From Octopus bimaculoides (Eukaryota), in the NCBI RefSeq assembly GCF_001194135.2, contig NC_069002.1, positions 36,346,608 to 36,386,021 of the forward strand: DNA of 39,414 nucleotides, given 5' to 3'. The notes under the pieces were generated by a model. It was not told the DNA's origin. It searched no databases and saw only the letters and a program-made list of their open reading frames with translations. Of this stretch, positions 1 to 14,218 are shown piece by piece. The translations under genes and the position numbers were made by a program. Position 1 is the first letter of the stretch; each line of letters opens with the position of its first letter.

Positions 1-217
1 TGTGTGTGTGTAGCAACGAGAAAGTGAAATAAGAGAGATGTCAACACGCCTCCGTTTAACACCGTGACAGCAAATGTGTCAAACGTGTCTTCTGCATTGC
101 TAACAGTTCCATTCGAGTGGCGCCTGCACTGTGCACGTGAATATCTTAGAACATTTTTTACTCCCTTTTACAGCGCCGTCGGTCGGCCCTAGCCAAAAGC
201 AATGAATACAATTGAAA

Positions 218-287
218 AGAAGAAGAAGAAGAAGAAGAAGAAGAAGAAGAAGAAGAAGAAGAAGAAGAAGAAGAAGAAGAAGAAGAA
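218..287 (+). repeat. (GAA)n microsatellite
   Basis: Pure trinucleotide run. Confidence 0.95.
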
Positions 288-439
288 ATAGAGAAGACAA
301 AAGAGGTAGAGATGTAGAAGAGAAGAAGACAGTGATTTATTGGTGTTACATATTTGTGATTAATGATATCAAGTTGATGCAGAACCATGGAATTAGAAAA
401 GACAGGATGTATTTTATAGTGCGCTTGTTTACATGCGTG

Positions 440-541
440 GGTGTGTGTATGCATACGTATGTATGTGTACTTATACTTATGTATCCATATGTATATATAT
501 GTATGTGTATACATACGTATGCATATATATGATTATGTATG

Positions 542-575
<34 letters not shown>

Positions 576-582
576 CGTGTGT

Positions 583-619
<37 letters not shown>

Positions 620-630
620 CACACGCGCAC
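440..630 (+). repeat. Compound (AT)/(GT) microsatellite
   Basis: Seen directly. Similar tracts at about 1340-1510, 3457-3720, 5180-5260, 6020-6100, 8205-8310, 10020-10150, 15800-15920, 21530-21600 and 37820-37950. Confidence 0.95.
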
Positions 631-1007
631 ACACAATTATATACATCCTAATAGTATCAGGGAGAAAGGAACATGGCGGATGAGAAAAAGTTAGTAAAAA
701 GACAAGAGGTCTAAAACTCGATAAGGAGACAGAAAGAGAGAGAGAGAGAGAAAGAGAAGAGAGAAAGAGAAGAGAGAAAGAAAGGGAGGGAAAGGGTGGG
801 AGTAACGGAGAGAGGGGAAGTGGGAGAGAGGAAATGATGACCAAAGTGTCTGTCATTTTTTTCTGGTAGAGAGAATCGATGCAAAAAAAAAACCATTAAA
901 AGACAATATACGGAAGATTCATTCCGAAACCTTGTGCGAGTGTCTGTGTGAGGGCGGTGGATGAGTAAGACATGTTTATATACCGTATAGCTAATGTACA
1001 CACCCAC

Positions 1008-1059
1008 ATTATTATTGTTATTATTATTATCATTATTATTATTATTATTATCATCATTA

Positions 1060-1120
<61 letters not shown>

Positions 1121-1248
1121 CAAGGCGGCAAGCTGACAGAAACGTTAGCACGCTGGACGAAATGCTTGGCGGTATTTCACCCCCGTCGCTATATTCTGAG
1201 TTCAAATTCCACCGAATTTGAAATAATAATAATAATTATTATTATTAT

Positions 1249-1289
<41 letters not shown>

Positions 1290-1295
1290 TCATCA
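1008..1295 (+). repeat. (ATT)n and (AGT)n microsatellites flanking a SINE fragment
   Basis: Seen directly; (AAT)n also occurs at 1982-2046. Confidence 0.95.
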
Positions 1296-1980
1296 TTATT
1301 ATTATTTAAAACATTTTGATTCAGCCTTGTGCGAATCGTATGTATGCACATGTCATGCATATAATTGTGCATGCGTGTGTATGTATGTGCGTGTGTTTGC
1401 GTGCTTGTGTATGTACGTATATATGTAATATTTGTGTGTATGTATACATGTATGTATGTATACATGTATGTATGTAAGAATGCATGTATGTATGTACGTA
1501 TGTATGTATTAAATACAATCATAAAATTATGAAAAAAAACACCTTTTTTAAAAGACTATTTCCTGCTAATAGAATGCACATATGCGTGTTGCTGGTCTTG
1601 ATTCTAAATTTTATATATTTTTTCTTGTTGTTTTTCCTCCTTTTTGTTTCTCTTATCTCCCTTTGAATTAGATGGTGCTATTTGTTGCATATAAAACAGC
1701 ACATTAAAACCTAACGGATATTGGCTATAATTATTTTTTCTAGCGTCAGTTCGAACAAATCTTGAATGCGAAATATTGTGTTCAGAAAAACATAACTAAA
1801 AAATCATTGATAATGAATAGATAAAATATATATATATATATATAAATGATTCATTTTGTAGACATTGCATAGAAATTTTCATTCCAAGCTGTTTCTTTTT
1901 TAATTTTTATCCCGTAATTGTTTAGAAATGGAGTTTATGGCATTATTTCACATCGTCCACTTTTTCAATAAAATCGTCAC

Positions 1981-2043
<63 letters not shown>

Positions 2044-2239
2044 TAATGGTTTGAAATTTGGGCACAAATTCGGGAGAAGGAGAAAGTCGATAACATCGGC
2101 CCCAGTACTTATTTTATGGAATTCGAAAGGACGAAAGGCAAAGTGTTTTTTTTTTTTGTCTATCTTGGCTTTTATTCAATTAGTCCTTAATGTATAATCT
2201 TCTGCTGCTACTAACAACTTTTCTGTCTCACTTTGCAGC

Positions 2240-2960
2240 CTTCATTTTCTGAGGGCGCCACCTTCACTACCATTCACATCTTGGGCCACCAATCTACTAC
2301 TCGGGTCCAAGAAGATTGCTTTTACTTCGCTATCTAAGGATTTTCTGAATAGCACCGCTAACCCACCACTCACTCCCGGCAGACCACATGATAAGAATAT
2401 CTCGTAGTCATCGAAAATGAGCGCGAATGCTTGCGCATTAGAAATTGTTGTCTCGCTAATTGCAGCCACATCTAAATCGAGCAGCCTGAGGTTGTTTATC
2501 GAGTGACCTTGCTTCCAAGCTGATCCTAGGTCACGGACATTCACACACCCTACTCTGAAAACGACCGTGTTTATCGGAGAAACAAAATGGAAGAAGTTCA
2601 CCTACCTTGATTTTTGAGAGGGTCGGCTGATTCAGCTGCCTCGTCTAATGGATTATCATTAATGAAGGGCCTTCCTAAAGTCCTTTTATCCAGCTTTAGC
2701 CTAAAAGGCCCAATGACTTTTGGATATTTTTGTAAAGTTCTAGACAAGTGCTTGTGTCTGTTTTCATTAGCTGTCTGTCACGGGGAGTTTTCGACAGAAA
2801 TTTGTCGAACCCTACCCTTTTTGTATGAATGTTCGTGTTTTTCCCTACTTCTTGCCTCAGCTCGCTGATGCTCTTGCGAACAACTTGCGAAGTTTACGAG
2901 GCGTTCGGGTTTTCTTGTAAGTTGTATGAATTCTCCTTGTGATTACTGTTTCTCTTCGTA
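2240..2960 (-). mobile_element. L1/Tx1-type LINE fragment (ORF1 end and APE endonuclease start of ORF2)
   Basis: ORF 2242-2601 RVGCVNVRDL...LDLDVAAISETT...GVSGGLAVLFRK...SSRLV matches the N-terminus of an exonuclease-endonuclease-phosphatase (APE) domain. A basic ORF1-like region lies upstream. Boundaries are approximate. Confidence 0.7.
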
Positions 2961-5204
2961 TGTTTAGCAACAACAACAATAACAACAGAAAAGCATGAGA
3001 AAAAAGAGCACAAGCGCAAAATATAGATATTTCCTTTCTTGGCAGAAGGTTAGTGGGAAGGCGCAGCCATATGAATCAATATTTTGCCTCCATTAATGTA
3101 GTTTTATCTTCCTTTTTTTTTTGTTTTTGACTACTTTTTTCTGTTTTTCAACAGTATTTGCCAATTAAATGTTTGACAAATATCTTTTGAAATTTACAAA
3201 GAGGATAGAAACGGAAGCCATATAATGAGAGCATTTAGAAATTCAACTCGGCAAGGATTAGCTTTAAAATGTGTCATAAGACAATTTATTCTCGCGAGTA
3301 AATATTGTACGAGTAACGGCATATNNNNNNNNNNNNNNNNNNNNNNNNNNNNNNNNNNNNNNNNNNNNNNNNNNNNNNNNNNNNNNNNNNNNNNNNNNNN
3401 NNNNNNNNNNNNNNNNNNNNNNNNNNNNNNNNNNNNNNNNNNNNNNNNNNNNNNNNATATGTATGTATCGATGTATATATATATATATATTTGTACGTAT
3501 ATGTGCATGTATATATGTATGTATCGATGTATATATATATATATATGTATACATAAACATACGTATATATACTCACGTACATATATGTGTGTGTGTGTGT
3601 GTGTGTATTTATATATACATATATATACACATATACACATATATACATGTATATATGTACATATACGTACACAAATACACACACACACATATATATGCAT
3701 CAACATGATGCATGATGTGTTTGTGTGTTTCTATTAGTCTTTCACTCTTGTAAAACCAGTTGCTATGACGAAGTTGTAATGTTTCTTTAAGCTTCCTTTA
3801 TTGACCATCAATTTTATGGACGAGCCCATCAAGTTAGCACTAAATATTTTTTTTAATGTCAGTTCACACTCACAGATACACATTATGCACGTACAAGCAC
3901 ACAGACAGACACACATATAACTTGCACATATACATGTTATATGTCTGTGTGATGTATGAATCCTCACTTTCTCGCATATACGTGGGTTGTTACGAACAGG
4001 AAAAGCGTCGATTGGCTACGATACAAAATATCTCATGATTAAAAGATGTATTGATCAACATAAACCACATAGATATGGCAAGTGCCGAAGATAATGAAGA
4101 ACTGACGCTAAAGATGTGGCCTCTCTGATAAACAGATGCCTGAAAGTATCTGTCTTTGAGGGAAGATGTACGATAAAATTATTTATATTGTGCAATTTTA
4201 GTCCTGACGATGAAGCAGCACAAAATGATGCCGAGAGCGTAATTACCCATGATATGAAATATTGCTGTTAGATGGTTTCTCTTTTCTCTCTTCACTTGAT
4301 AGCGCTGATTCGTTTTACCTCCATATCTTCAAACTCCCTCCGAATGTGGCAAAGCGATAAGTAGACGTTGGTAGCAATACTTTTCGCGTTCGATGCGTTT
4401 GTTTGGTCTTCTAGCCAGTCGACGTTCATGGTGTAATTGGTGAAATCGATTCCTACAGGATGTCAGATACTCACGCTACATAAGCGAACCAGTTGATGCC
4501 CGTATAGTATAGTTTCAATGATCCTGGTGATAGTTGGAATGACTTCTGTGGTCGTAATCCTCTCTTATCATGAGAATGAAAAGATTTTCTGGAGACATTG
4601 GATAATAAAGGTCTTAAAAGCCTTTGTATCTCAGTTGCATCTTCTTCACATTTCTCGGTCATTCTGGAGAATAGAAACACAAATTATTCGGCAGATGACA
4701 AGAAGCTTGGTATGGAGACCGAAATGGGTACAACATCATAGAGTGTTGTACTTAAGTGTCACTATTTGCTATCTCTGCGAATTTCCCTGGTGATGAGTGC
4801 TTCAGGAAATTTAGTTTGACTGTTAGGGAGTGAGAAAAGATTTTACAAATATCAGAATTGTGGATCTTGTAGTAATTGAACTTTTTTGGCGTTTGGCCGG
4901 TATTTCCGGCACCTCTTGCATTTGGGGTGAGCTACAAACTTTTCTGTCAATCTCACCTTTGGATGTGTATCCTTCATAACACACATAACACACACCCTGC
5001 CCATCTATAAATCGTCAATGAGCAGATAACTTCTCCTTCAGTAGAGATCAGGGATCTGTCCATCACTCAACATCCTTCAATACACGGGGGGTGTTTATAC
5101 GATGTACTTATTTCAGTTTCCATCTACCAAATCCATTCACAACGCTTTGGTCGGCCCAAAGTAGAAGACACCTACATGTATATATATATATGTATATGTA
5201 TACC

Positions 5205-5263
<59 letters not shown>

Positions 5264-5774
5264 TCTTTTATTCCTTTACTTGTTTCAGTCATTAGACTGC
5301 GGCCATGCGTTGGTACCACCTTGGAGAAACTTAGGCGAATGAATTGACTAAATTGAATCTGCTACTTGATCTATCGTTCCATTTTGCCGAACTGTTATTC
5401 TTATTTGCACCTACGTAGAAAAATTCCTCACCTTCTGAAACTACTTTACACCTGTAGACCACCTCTTTAATTTTGCAACTTAATTTTAGTGGACATTATT
5501 TACGTTTTGCGCAATCGCAATTATTATCACTACCTATTATTCTACTCTATCCGACTTTTATTCTCCTATTTATATTCTCTGGTTTATTTCGCCTATTTTC
5601 TCCATTTTAACCAGGGAAGAAAAAATGTGAGAGCATCTATTATAAAATTCAAAAATAATTACTGAGTTAGAAAAGATACACAAGAAATGCTTCATATTTC
5701 GATGGGATCGGCCGACTCGATACAGGTTACCAACCTAGTAATATTTATTTATTTTTGCTGCTGTTATTTAGCAG

Positions 5775-5975
5775 GTGTTGCCTGAGTGATACTATACGGC
5801 ATTCGAAGGCCGTCTACACTGATCTCAGGCCTCTACTACCTTCATTCTTCTTAGGTAGAGCCTATCAACATCACTGTTTCTATGGAAATTCCCAGTTGTT
5901 GTCAGGATTTTTTGGGTTTTGGTATCCAAGGAGTCGATTTCCTCTACAGACCAATCAAGTATCCCAAATGTTGGC
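5775..5975 (-). mobile_element. Dong/R4-like non-LTR retrotransposon fragment
   Basis: Minus strand reads FGILDWSVEEIDSLDTKTQKILT...HRNSDVDRLYL.R..G.RGL, the post-RT motif typical of R4/Dong-type elements. Confidence 0.6.
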
Positions 5976-6021
5976 ACATTTTTACTAACAAACCCACGAG
6001 CACGTAGCTGGTATTAACACA

Positions 6022-6087
<66 letters not shown>

Positions 6088-7087
6088 CACACACACACAC
6101 ACAAGGGTACCACTGAGTAGTCGTTTGGACTGCTGGAAATAGACGTACTTCCTTCTTTAAATTTCATTTTCCTCAGTTCTCGATACACAAAAAGACAAGA
6201 TACGTCACGGCTGGAATGCTTCTCATATTAGTTGTCTGTCCACCAGAAAGATGATGTGAATGGCGACGACGACGACGACGATCACAACAAACACAATTTC
6301 CAAATATTACAATGTATTCAAGGGAGATAACATAAGTAGTATTCTCTAGTTGCCTCCCTTGGATTATAAATTTTGATCACTTTGCCTATCATTTTAAAAT
6401 TGCATGAACCTCGGCACCGGATTGGTACTTTATTTTATTTCGGTAAGATATGAGAGAACTGAGGAAAATAAGGCTAAGCATTTTATTAAAGATTCTGCTA
6501 GGTCGCTGTTTAGTTCCTTCCTCAAAATGGACTAAAGAGGACAGGAGGAGACGCGTGGGATGGAGAGCCGCTGAAGAGATCATAGAATGTGCAGCGAAAG
6601 ATTTCGAGACATGGGACATAAAATGAGGAAAATATTAAAGCTGAATTGAAGAAATGTGTGTAACAAATTGGTTTAAAAATTTGTTTTTAATTAAAAATAA
6701 TAATAAAAAAAGGACAATTTCACGTCTGGAACCTTACAAATTAACTAAATAAACGTAAATGTTATTTCTAACCTAGGAACAAGACATGATATTTTGGTGG
6801 TGCAGAATTAATGGATTATGCCACCCCAGTACTTTACTAGTATTTATATTATCGATCCCAATGTCTGAAAGTATGCAGTCTTAGTTCATATTTCTTGTGG
6901 TTTATAAATTATATTTGTTTATCTTTTTTCTCTTTTTTTTATTCCTTGTTTCACAATCTGGTTATTAATTCCAGTAATATTACTACTGTAATATTTCTCA
7001 CCTTAGCTAAGAAAGTTTCATGAGATATCACAGCAAATTTTTTGTTTGCATGGCAGCAATCTGTCAAATAGTATTGAGCTACGAAAA

Positions 7088-7329
7088 TTACAAGAGCGTT
7101 AATAAGAGGCTAAATCTACGAATTGAAGCAAAACCTGAATTGCAATAGCGGTATATTTTGTAGGATAGACAGCCTTATCTATTATGACCTTGGGCTTTTC
7201 CGACATTTGCAGACGACGTACTGTCTTCCACATTTATGTTTAAATCGTGGATAACGTTTCGTTGCAAAATTGGTTGTCGGTGCAAAATGTTTTGTTGAAC
7301 ATAGACTAACGCCGTTCGTTCTCGCGTCA
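7088..7329 (-). pseudogene. Possible degenerate knottin-family exon
   Basis: Acceptor TTTTCTCTATAG/. The phase-2 ORF is DARTNGVSLCSTKHF...KHKCGRQYVVCKCRKSPRS*, followed in another frame by GCLSYKIYRYCNSGFASIRRFSLLLTLL*. Shares CTATGTTCAA at C1 with ICK-C. Confidence 0.3.
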
Positions 7330-7607
7330 CTATAGAGAAAACAGAAAGAAACGTTGATAAAACGACTTTTAAATTATGGAATCTTAATGAATTTATGTTA
7401 TTGATTTTTTTTTTTTTGACAAAGATGATCTGACTATAATCTTTGTGTATATGTATATAATATACATATATACAACTTTAGTTGAACAAATCGACCCTAG
7501 GACACCATGGCCGCACTCGAATGACTGAAACAAGTAAAAGATAAAAGAAAAGACAAAAGATAAATCAACAGTCTTCATTGTGTGTAAGAAATTCTCAACA
7601 AGCTATC

Positions 7608-7613
7608 TTTATT
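7608..7613 (-). terminator. Polyadenylation signal AATAAA of ICK-B
   Basis: AATAAA on the minus strand about 95 nt after the stop, in the same conserved context as ICK-A. Confidence 0.55.
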
Positions 7614-7705
7614 GAATATATACTCATGCATGTGAAAACTCTTGCCTGACCAGCAACAAAATAAATAATCGAAAGGAAAATAAAATACATTGCGGAACGG
7701 AATGG

Positions 7706-7832
7706 TCATCCAATGGGAGCTATTCCGAGGTGTTCATTATAAACTTCATGACAAGGGCAGCTGGGTTTCAAAAGGCCGTTACATCTACATGACAAATTCT
7801 CACAGCAAAACAGTTCATTTCCTTTAGCTTCT
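7706..7832 (-). CDS. ICK-B terminal exon (paralogue of ICK-A last exon; encodes C3-C8 only)
   Basis: Phase-2 acceptor TATTTACAG/A is homologous to the ICK-A acceptor. Reads EAKGNELFCCENLSCRCNGLLKPSCPCHEVYNEHLGIAPIG*. The 3' UTR shares an identical 19-mer containing AATAAA with ICK-A. Confidence 0.7.
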
Positions 7833-8114
7833 CTGTAAATACAAAATATATGACCAAAATATTGTATAATCTTCCCTATTGAATAATGTAAGTGATGATA
7901 ATATGAAACAACGGTATTTCACGTAATGGAAGTCTCGTACGAAATAGTCTATGTATATACATATCAGGGCAACGTGGCCAAGCCTAGATACATAGGAGCT
8001 TGTGTTATGCCATACGTCTACGACATTATGGGTCTTTATAATGCAATGAACAGAGTTAGAGCATAAGCCAAATTTCACCCGAAACAGCCGTTAAGATAAC
8101 ACTATTACATATAC

Positions 8115-8168
8115 TTTACAGTACATTCCCTGTTCTGTACGCTGCATTTTGCATTCCATGTAAATATA
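8115..8168 (-). CDS. Candidate ICK-B exon carrying C1-C2
   Basis: Reads (S)IFTWNAKCSVQNRECTVK, matching ICK-A KCAIYKWTCTVK (C-x6-C-TVK). A phase-2 donor AA/GTATAT joins in frame to 7832. The acceptor is weak. Confidence 0.4.
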
Positions 8169-8197
8169 CTCATTAAATCTACTTGTATTATGTATAT

Positions 8198-9195
<998 letters not shown>

Positions 9196-10601
9196 CAATA
9201 ATCTGTCCTGTACTTTTCCAGGTTTATAATCTAATCTTAAGAATATTATTCCTCTTGCTCGCATTTTCCCATGTAATCCTTGTTTTTTCCGGGCTATGCT
9301 ATTTTGCTAATTAATAATGTGTCAGATGAGTCAATTAGCAGTGTCGTGGATACATTTTTCCATACCTCAATGATGCCGGTGACGTATATTAAAAGTCCCC
9401 TTAGAGAACTATATTCATAAAAAAAAGTATAGAACTATATTATCACCCTCAAATTTGATAAACAAACATTCATTATTTCTTTTCTTTTAAAACTTCATTG
9501 CATGATATTGATACCATGAAATTCCTCGAATTGAGCTCTATCATTTAAACTTTATTTATAAAATAGTTTGTGTTTTTAAATGAAAAAGTTAAGTACACTT
9601 ATATCCAATTTTTTGCCTTATATTTTTTTCATAATATTTTACCTCACAACTTTTTTGATACAATTTTTTGTTGCATGAGACCAAAACTATGAAATTCTTC
9701 ATGCTTTCTTTTACTATTGAAGGTAAGATAAATATATTTTGCTTTTAAAATAAAAACGTTATTTAGATGTAAACTTGATTGGTGGTGCTACCTACTCTCC
9801 TATAACGTTGCTACAAATTTTGATGTAAACATTTTTTTTCCTAGTCCAAATCTCAATTTTTATGCCAAAATGTAGCTAGGGACTAGTTCGCTTTAAACGT
9901 GTGAACAGTTTTCTGTTGAGTTAAGAACTGAATTAGCGACAAGCTCTGAAAGATGCTGCGTGTGAGTTAACAGCGGTCTTAAGAATATTATTCAACTACT
10001 ACCGTAGTTGAATGATATATATGTGTGTGTGTGCATGTGTGTGTGTGTGCGTGTGTGTGTATATGTGCGTGTGTGTGTGTATGTATATATATATATATAT
10101 ATATATACATATATACACATATATACATATATATATATATATGTGTGTGTNNNNNNNNNNNNNNNNNNNNNNNNNNNNNNNNNNNNNNNNNNNNNNNNNN
10201 NNNNNNNNNNNNNNNNNNNNNNNNNNNNNNNNNNNNNNNNNNNNNNNNNNNNNNNNNNNNNNNNNNNNNNNNNNNNNNNNNNNNNNNNNNNNNNNNNNNN
10301 NNNNNNNNNNNNNNNNNNNNNNNNNNNNNNNNNNNNNNNNNNTATATATACTCTTTTATCCTTTTATACGTTTCAGCCCTAAGACGGTGGCCTCACTTGA
10401 GCACTACCAATGTAATCACCGTTTCAATAGCAAATTTTACGTGATTGGCTTTGGTGAAAGAGGGAGTTCGACGACACTCCTACTCTCTTTTGAATTCCCC
10501 AGCCTTGATATTGGTTCACAAATGATATTGGTTCACTTGGACATTAGCAGGAACAAGTTGTTACTTTAAAACATATATATACATACACAGATATATATAT
10601 A

Positions 10602-10930
10602 TATATATACGGATCAACTATAAACTTTAAACAGAGATACGGTGCACATCTCAATTCTTTTAGATATGAGAAACATAGTAAATCCACAGCCCACACCAGT
10701 CACATACATCATTTTAAAAATAGGAATATTCCATATAATTGATCATGTTCCATAATAGGTTCTGGGCTTCCATACCAGGGTCAACGCTCAGCCTGTAAGT
10801 TATGCCTGAAAGAGGCATTTCACATACTAAAACATAACTCTTCAATACTACTAAATAAGTATAATGAGGTCCTAGGTACAAGCAACCACCGCTTTGTTCA
10901 TACCTTCAAATTTTATCACAGATCTAAATG
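10602..10930 (+). mobile_element. Penelope-like element, GIY-YIG endonuclease region (degenerate)
   Basis: Reads YGSTINFKQRYGAHLNSFRY...CKLCLKEAFHIL...LLNKYNEV with one stop. Flanks 10340-11300 probably belong to the element. Confidence 0.75.
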
Positions 10931-11646
10931 CAACCTAAATCACCACACAATATATATACCGAATACCCCTTAAGTAACCTCCAGCATCCATATTTGACTT
11001 TCCGATTTCTTACAACCTGTCATTTCTTTTCTTAGAGTTTTGGTTTTGGTCGACGTCTCTCTAATCAGAGAATAATCAAAACATACCATGTACACCAGGG
11101 TTTATAAACTTCAATAACTGCTTCTTTGTCATTACAGACATGAATTGAGCTTTCTTGATCCTGCTTGTCGTGGGTGTCCTTGTGTATTACATTTCTGGTA
11201 GTCCACTACGATACCTAAAGATCTTTTGCAATGGCCAACATTGATTTAGCCGGATTACACCGTGTAACAAAATTTTAATTTTTTTTTTTCGCGTCTGGTC
11301 AGTAAGTTTTATTTCCTCTTTAGCTATTTCCTCTGAAGCTAGAAATAAAAGTAAATGACTGCTACTCCTTTCACACTTTGCATTTGTGTCCTGGAGGTCA
11401 GTGTTGATTTCTTAGTTAGCATTTTGTCTGACATGGCGGAATCTCAAGAAAATAAAAACCTTTTAATTGGTGTGAGGAGAGCACTATTTAAGTATCCTCG
11501 AATACACCTCGCAGCCTCTTTATATATATATACGTGTGTGTGTATGTGTGTGTGCAAGTGTGTGCGTACGTGTGTGTGTGCAACCAAGTTAACACCTGTG
11601 TGAATTTATCTTTTGACTTATATCTGCGTACGTACGCAAGTTTGTG

Positions 11647-11985
11647 AAGGCGCATGGCTCAGTAGTTAGATCGTCGGGCTCACAATCATGAGATAGTGAG
11701 TTCGATTCTCCGACCGACTTGTGTATAGTATTCTTGAGCAAAACACTTTATTTCACGTTGCCCCAGTTCACTCAGCTGTAGAAATGAGTTGCGACGTCAC
11801 AGGTACCAAGCTGTATCGGCCCCTTTGCCTTTCCCTTGGATAACATCGGTGGCGTGGAAAGGGGAGGCCGGTATGCATGGGCAACTGCTGGTCTTCCATA
11901 AATAAACTTGCCCGGACTTGTTCCTTGGAGAGAAACTTTCTAGGCGCCATCCTATGGTCATACATGACCGAGGGGTGTATTTACC
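11647..11985 (+). mobile_element. tRNA-derived SINE (head related to the 17937-18324 element, different body)
   Basis: A-box-like TGGCTCAGTAGTTAG and B-box-like GAGTTCGATTC followed by a repeat body. Confidence 0.7.
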
Positions 11986-13390
11986 TTTTATGCATATACC
12001 TACATATCTATACAGGCGTGCGTATATATATATCATGAACACTGACTGCGCCGAGTGGTAAAGCAGTGCACTTCGTAATCATAAGGTCTTGAGTTCGATC
12101 CCCAGTGAGCAACGTCTTAGTCAAGCCTCTTTTGCTGTAACCTCGAGTCGGCGCAGTCCCGTGTTATTGAGACTGCATACGTTGATAGGAAATACAGAAA
12201 TCAGCAGAATTGACGCTGTTTGCAATTTAAAGAACAAAATTATCTCACTCTATTTTATTCCAACTCAGCTGGGAATAGTTAAATATTTACACACATTATA
12301 AATCAATGTATTGATAGTTGAACTGATCGATAACGGGTGTAGTTGTCAATAAACCTAATCTCATAAATCGGGTATATCATTTGTAGATATATTACTCTGC
12401 AATAAATATTTACTTATATTGGTTTCGAATTCTGACACAAGGCCAGCAATTTCGGGGAGAGTGGAGTAGGTCGATTACATCGACCTCAGTACTCAGCTGG
12501 TACTTATTTTGCCGACTCCGAAAGGATGAACGGCAAAGTCGACCTCGGCGGATATTGAACTCAGAACGTAAAGACGGACGGAATACCGCTAAGCATTTTG
12601 CCCGGCGTTCTAACGCCCTACTCAATGCCTTCTTTCTCTCGTACATTGAACTTAAGGTTTTTCTCTGCTGGACAAAGGAAATCTACTACTTTGCGTCCTA
12701 ATTTGTTTCTGATTAACGCATAAAGCCAGACATTTGATGAGAAAAGGAGATTAGGTGATAGCATCGACCCCAACACTTGATTGAAAGGATCAAAATCAAA
12801 GAGCTGACCTCGGCCAGATTTGAAGCTGGAATGTAACAAGGCGGGTTAAGTCCACCAAAGATGTCTTTTCCAACGCTTTAAACATTCGGCACACTCTCTG
12901 CTTTTATTATTCTGTAATAATGGTTTAAAATTTGGGATTCAAGGCCAGCAATTTTTATGGGATGGGATAAATCGATTACATTATCCTCAGAATTTGATTG
13001 ATACTTTATTTTATCGACCCCAAAAATTGAACTCGGCGCGATTTGAACTGAAAACTGAAAGAAATTCTGCTGCGCATTTTGACCGACATTTTAACGATTC
13101 TGCTAGCACGCCGCCTTTGTTATTTTTTTATTATGAAATTAAACATGCTATGCATAAATTCAAAAGTGCTGCTTTTGACTAGATTAGATAACGAAATCCT
13201 AGACACACGATCTTTGAAAAAAAGATGGCGGCCGCACCGGTGTGGCACGAATGGATCATAAACGTAGATTTATCTTCTCGATAACTGCGGAAATACGTAG
13301 ATTAACCATATCAACAGTCAAACCAAAAGTATTTACATCAAGCTGTAGAAACTGAAGATTTAATGATAACTCTAGATTTAGAGTTATCAT

Positions 13391-14170
13391 GCGCAGGTGG
13401 CTGTGTGGTAAGAAGCTTGCTTCCCAACTACATGGTTCCAGGTTCATTCTCACTGCATGGCACCTTGGGCAAGTGTTTTCTACTATAACCTCGGGCCGAC
13501 CAAAGCCTTGTGAGTGGATTCGGTAGATGGTAACCGAAAGAAGGCCAGTATATATATATATATATATATATATATNNNNNNNNNNNNNNNNNNNNNNNNN
13601 NNNNNNNNNNNNNNNNNNNNNNNNNNNNNNNNNNNNNNNNNNNNNNNNNNNNNNNNNNNNNNNNNNNNNNNNNNNNNNNNNNNNNNNNNNNNNNNNNNNN
13701 NNNNNNNNNNNNNNNNNNNNNNNNNNNNNNNNNNNNNNNNNNNNNNNNNNNNNNNNNNNNNNNNNNNNNNNNNNNNNNNNNNNNNNNNNNNNNNNNNNNN
13801 NNNNNNNNNNNNNNNNNNNNNNNNNNNNNNNNNNNNNNNNNNNNNNNNNNNNNNNNNNNNNNNNNNNNNNNNNNNNNNNNNNNNNNNNNNNNNNNNNNNN
13901 NNNNNNNNNNNNNNNNNNNNNNNNNNNNNNNNNNNNNNNNNNNNNNNNNNNNNNNNNNNNNNNNNNNNNNNNNNNNNNNNNNNNNNNNNNNNNNNNNNNN
14001 NNNNNNNNNNNNNNNNNNNNNNNNNNNNNNNNNNNNNNNNNNNNNNNNNNNNNNNNNNNNNNNNNNNNNNNNNNNNNNNNNNNNNNNNNNNNNNNNNNNN
14101 NNNNNNNNNNNNNNNNNNNNNNNNNNNNNNNNNNNNNNNNNNNNNNNNNNNNNNNNNNNNNNNNNNNNNN

Positions 14171-14218
<48 letters not shown>

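Noticed and set aside
100-1522. Many long ORFs with poly-L/S/R/N/I or alternating VC/HT/YI (also at 3194-3737, 8105-8389, 10008-10569, 13256-14311, 15726-16047, 19019-19636, 29281-29886, 35985-36375, 37807-38058)
   Set aside because: They are translations of microsatellites or N gaps, not genes.
1484-1666. Hydrophobic ORF resembling a signal or TM peptide
   Set aside because: T-rich low-complexity sequence with no donor and no similarity to the family leaders.
4040-4800. Nicotinic or chemotactile Cys-loop receptor pseudogene (KYCC, PSECGKAIS, MILVIVGMTSVVVILSYH-like fragments on the plus strand)
   Set aside because: The motifs fall in different frames and their spacings disagree with Cys-loop architecture by 10-60 residues. 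I cannot support the call without a database search.
11330-11410. DCYSFHTLHLCPGGQC* resembling CCPG..C
   Set aside because: Only three Cys and an immediate stop, on the opposite strand to neighbouring A and B; chance similarity is likely.
12045-12105. tRNA gene (Thr-CGT-like)
   Set aside because: It lacks a complete acceptor stem and runs into repeat body sequence, so it is best read as a SINE head.
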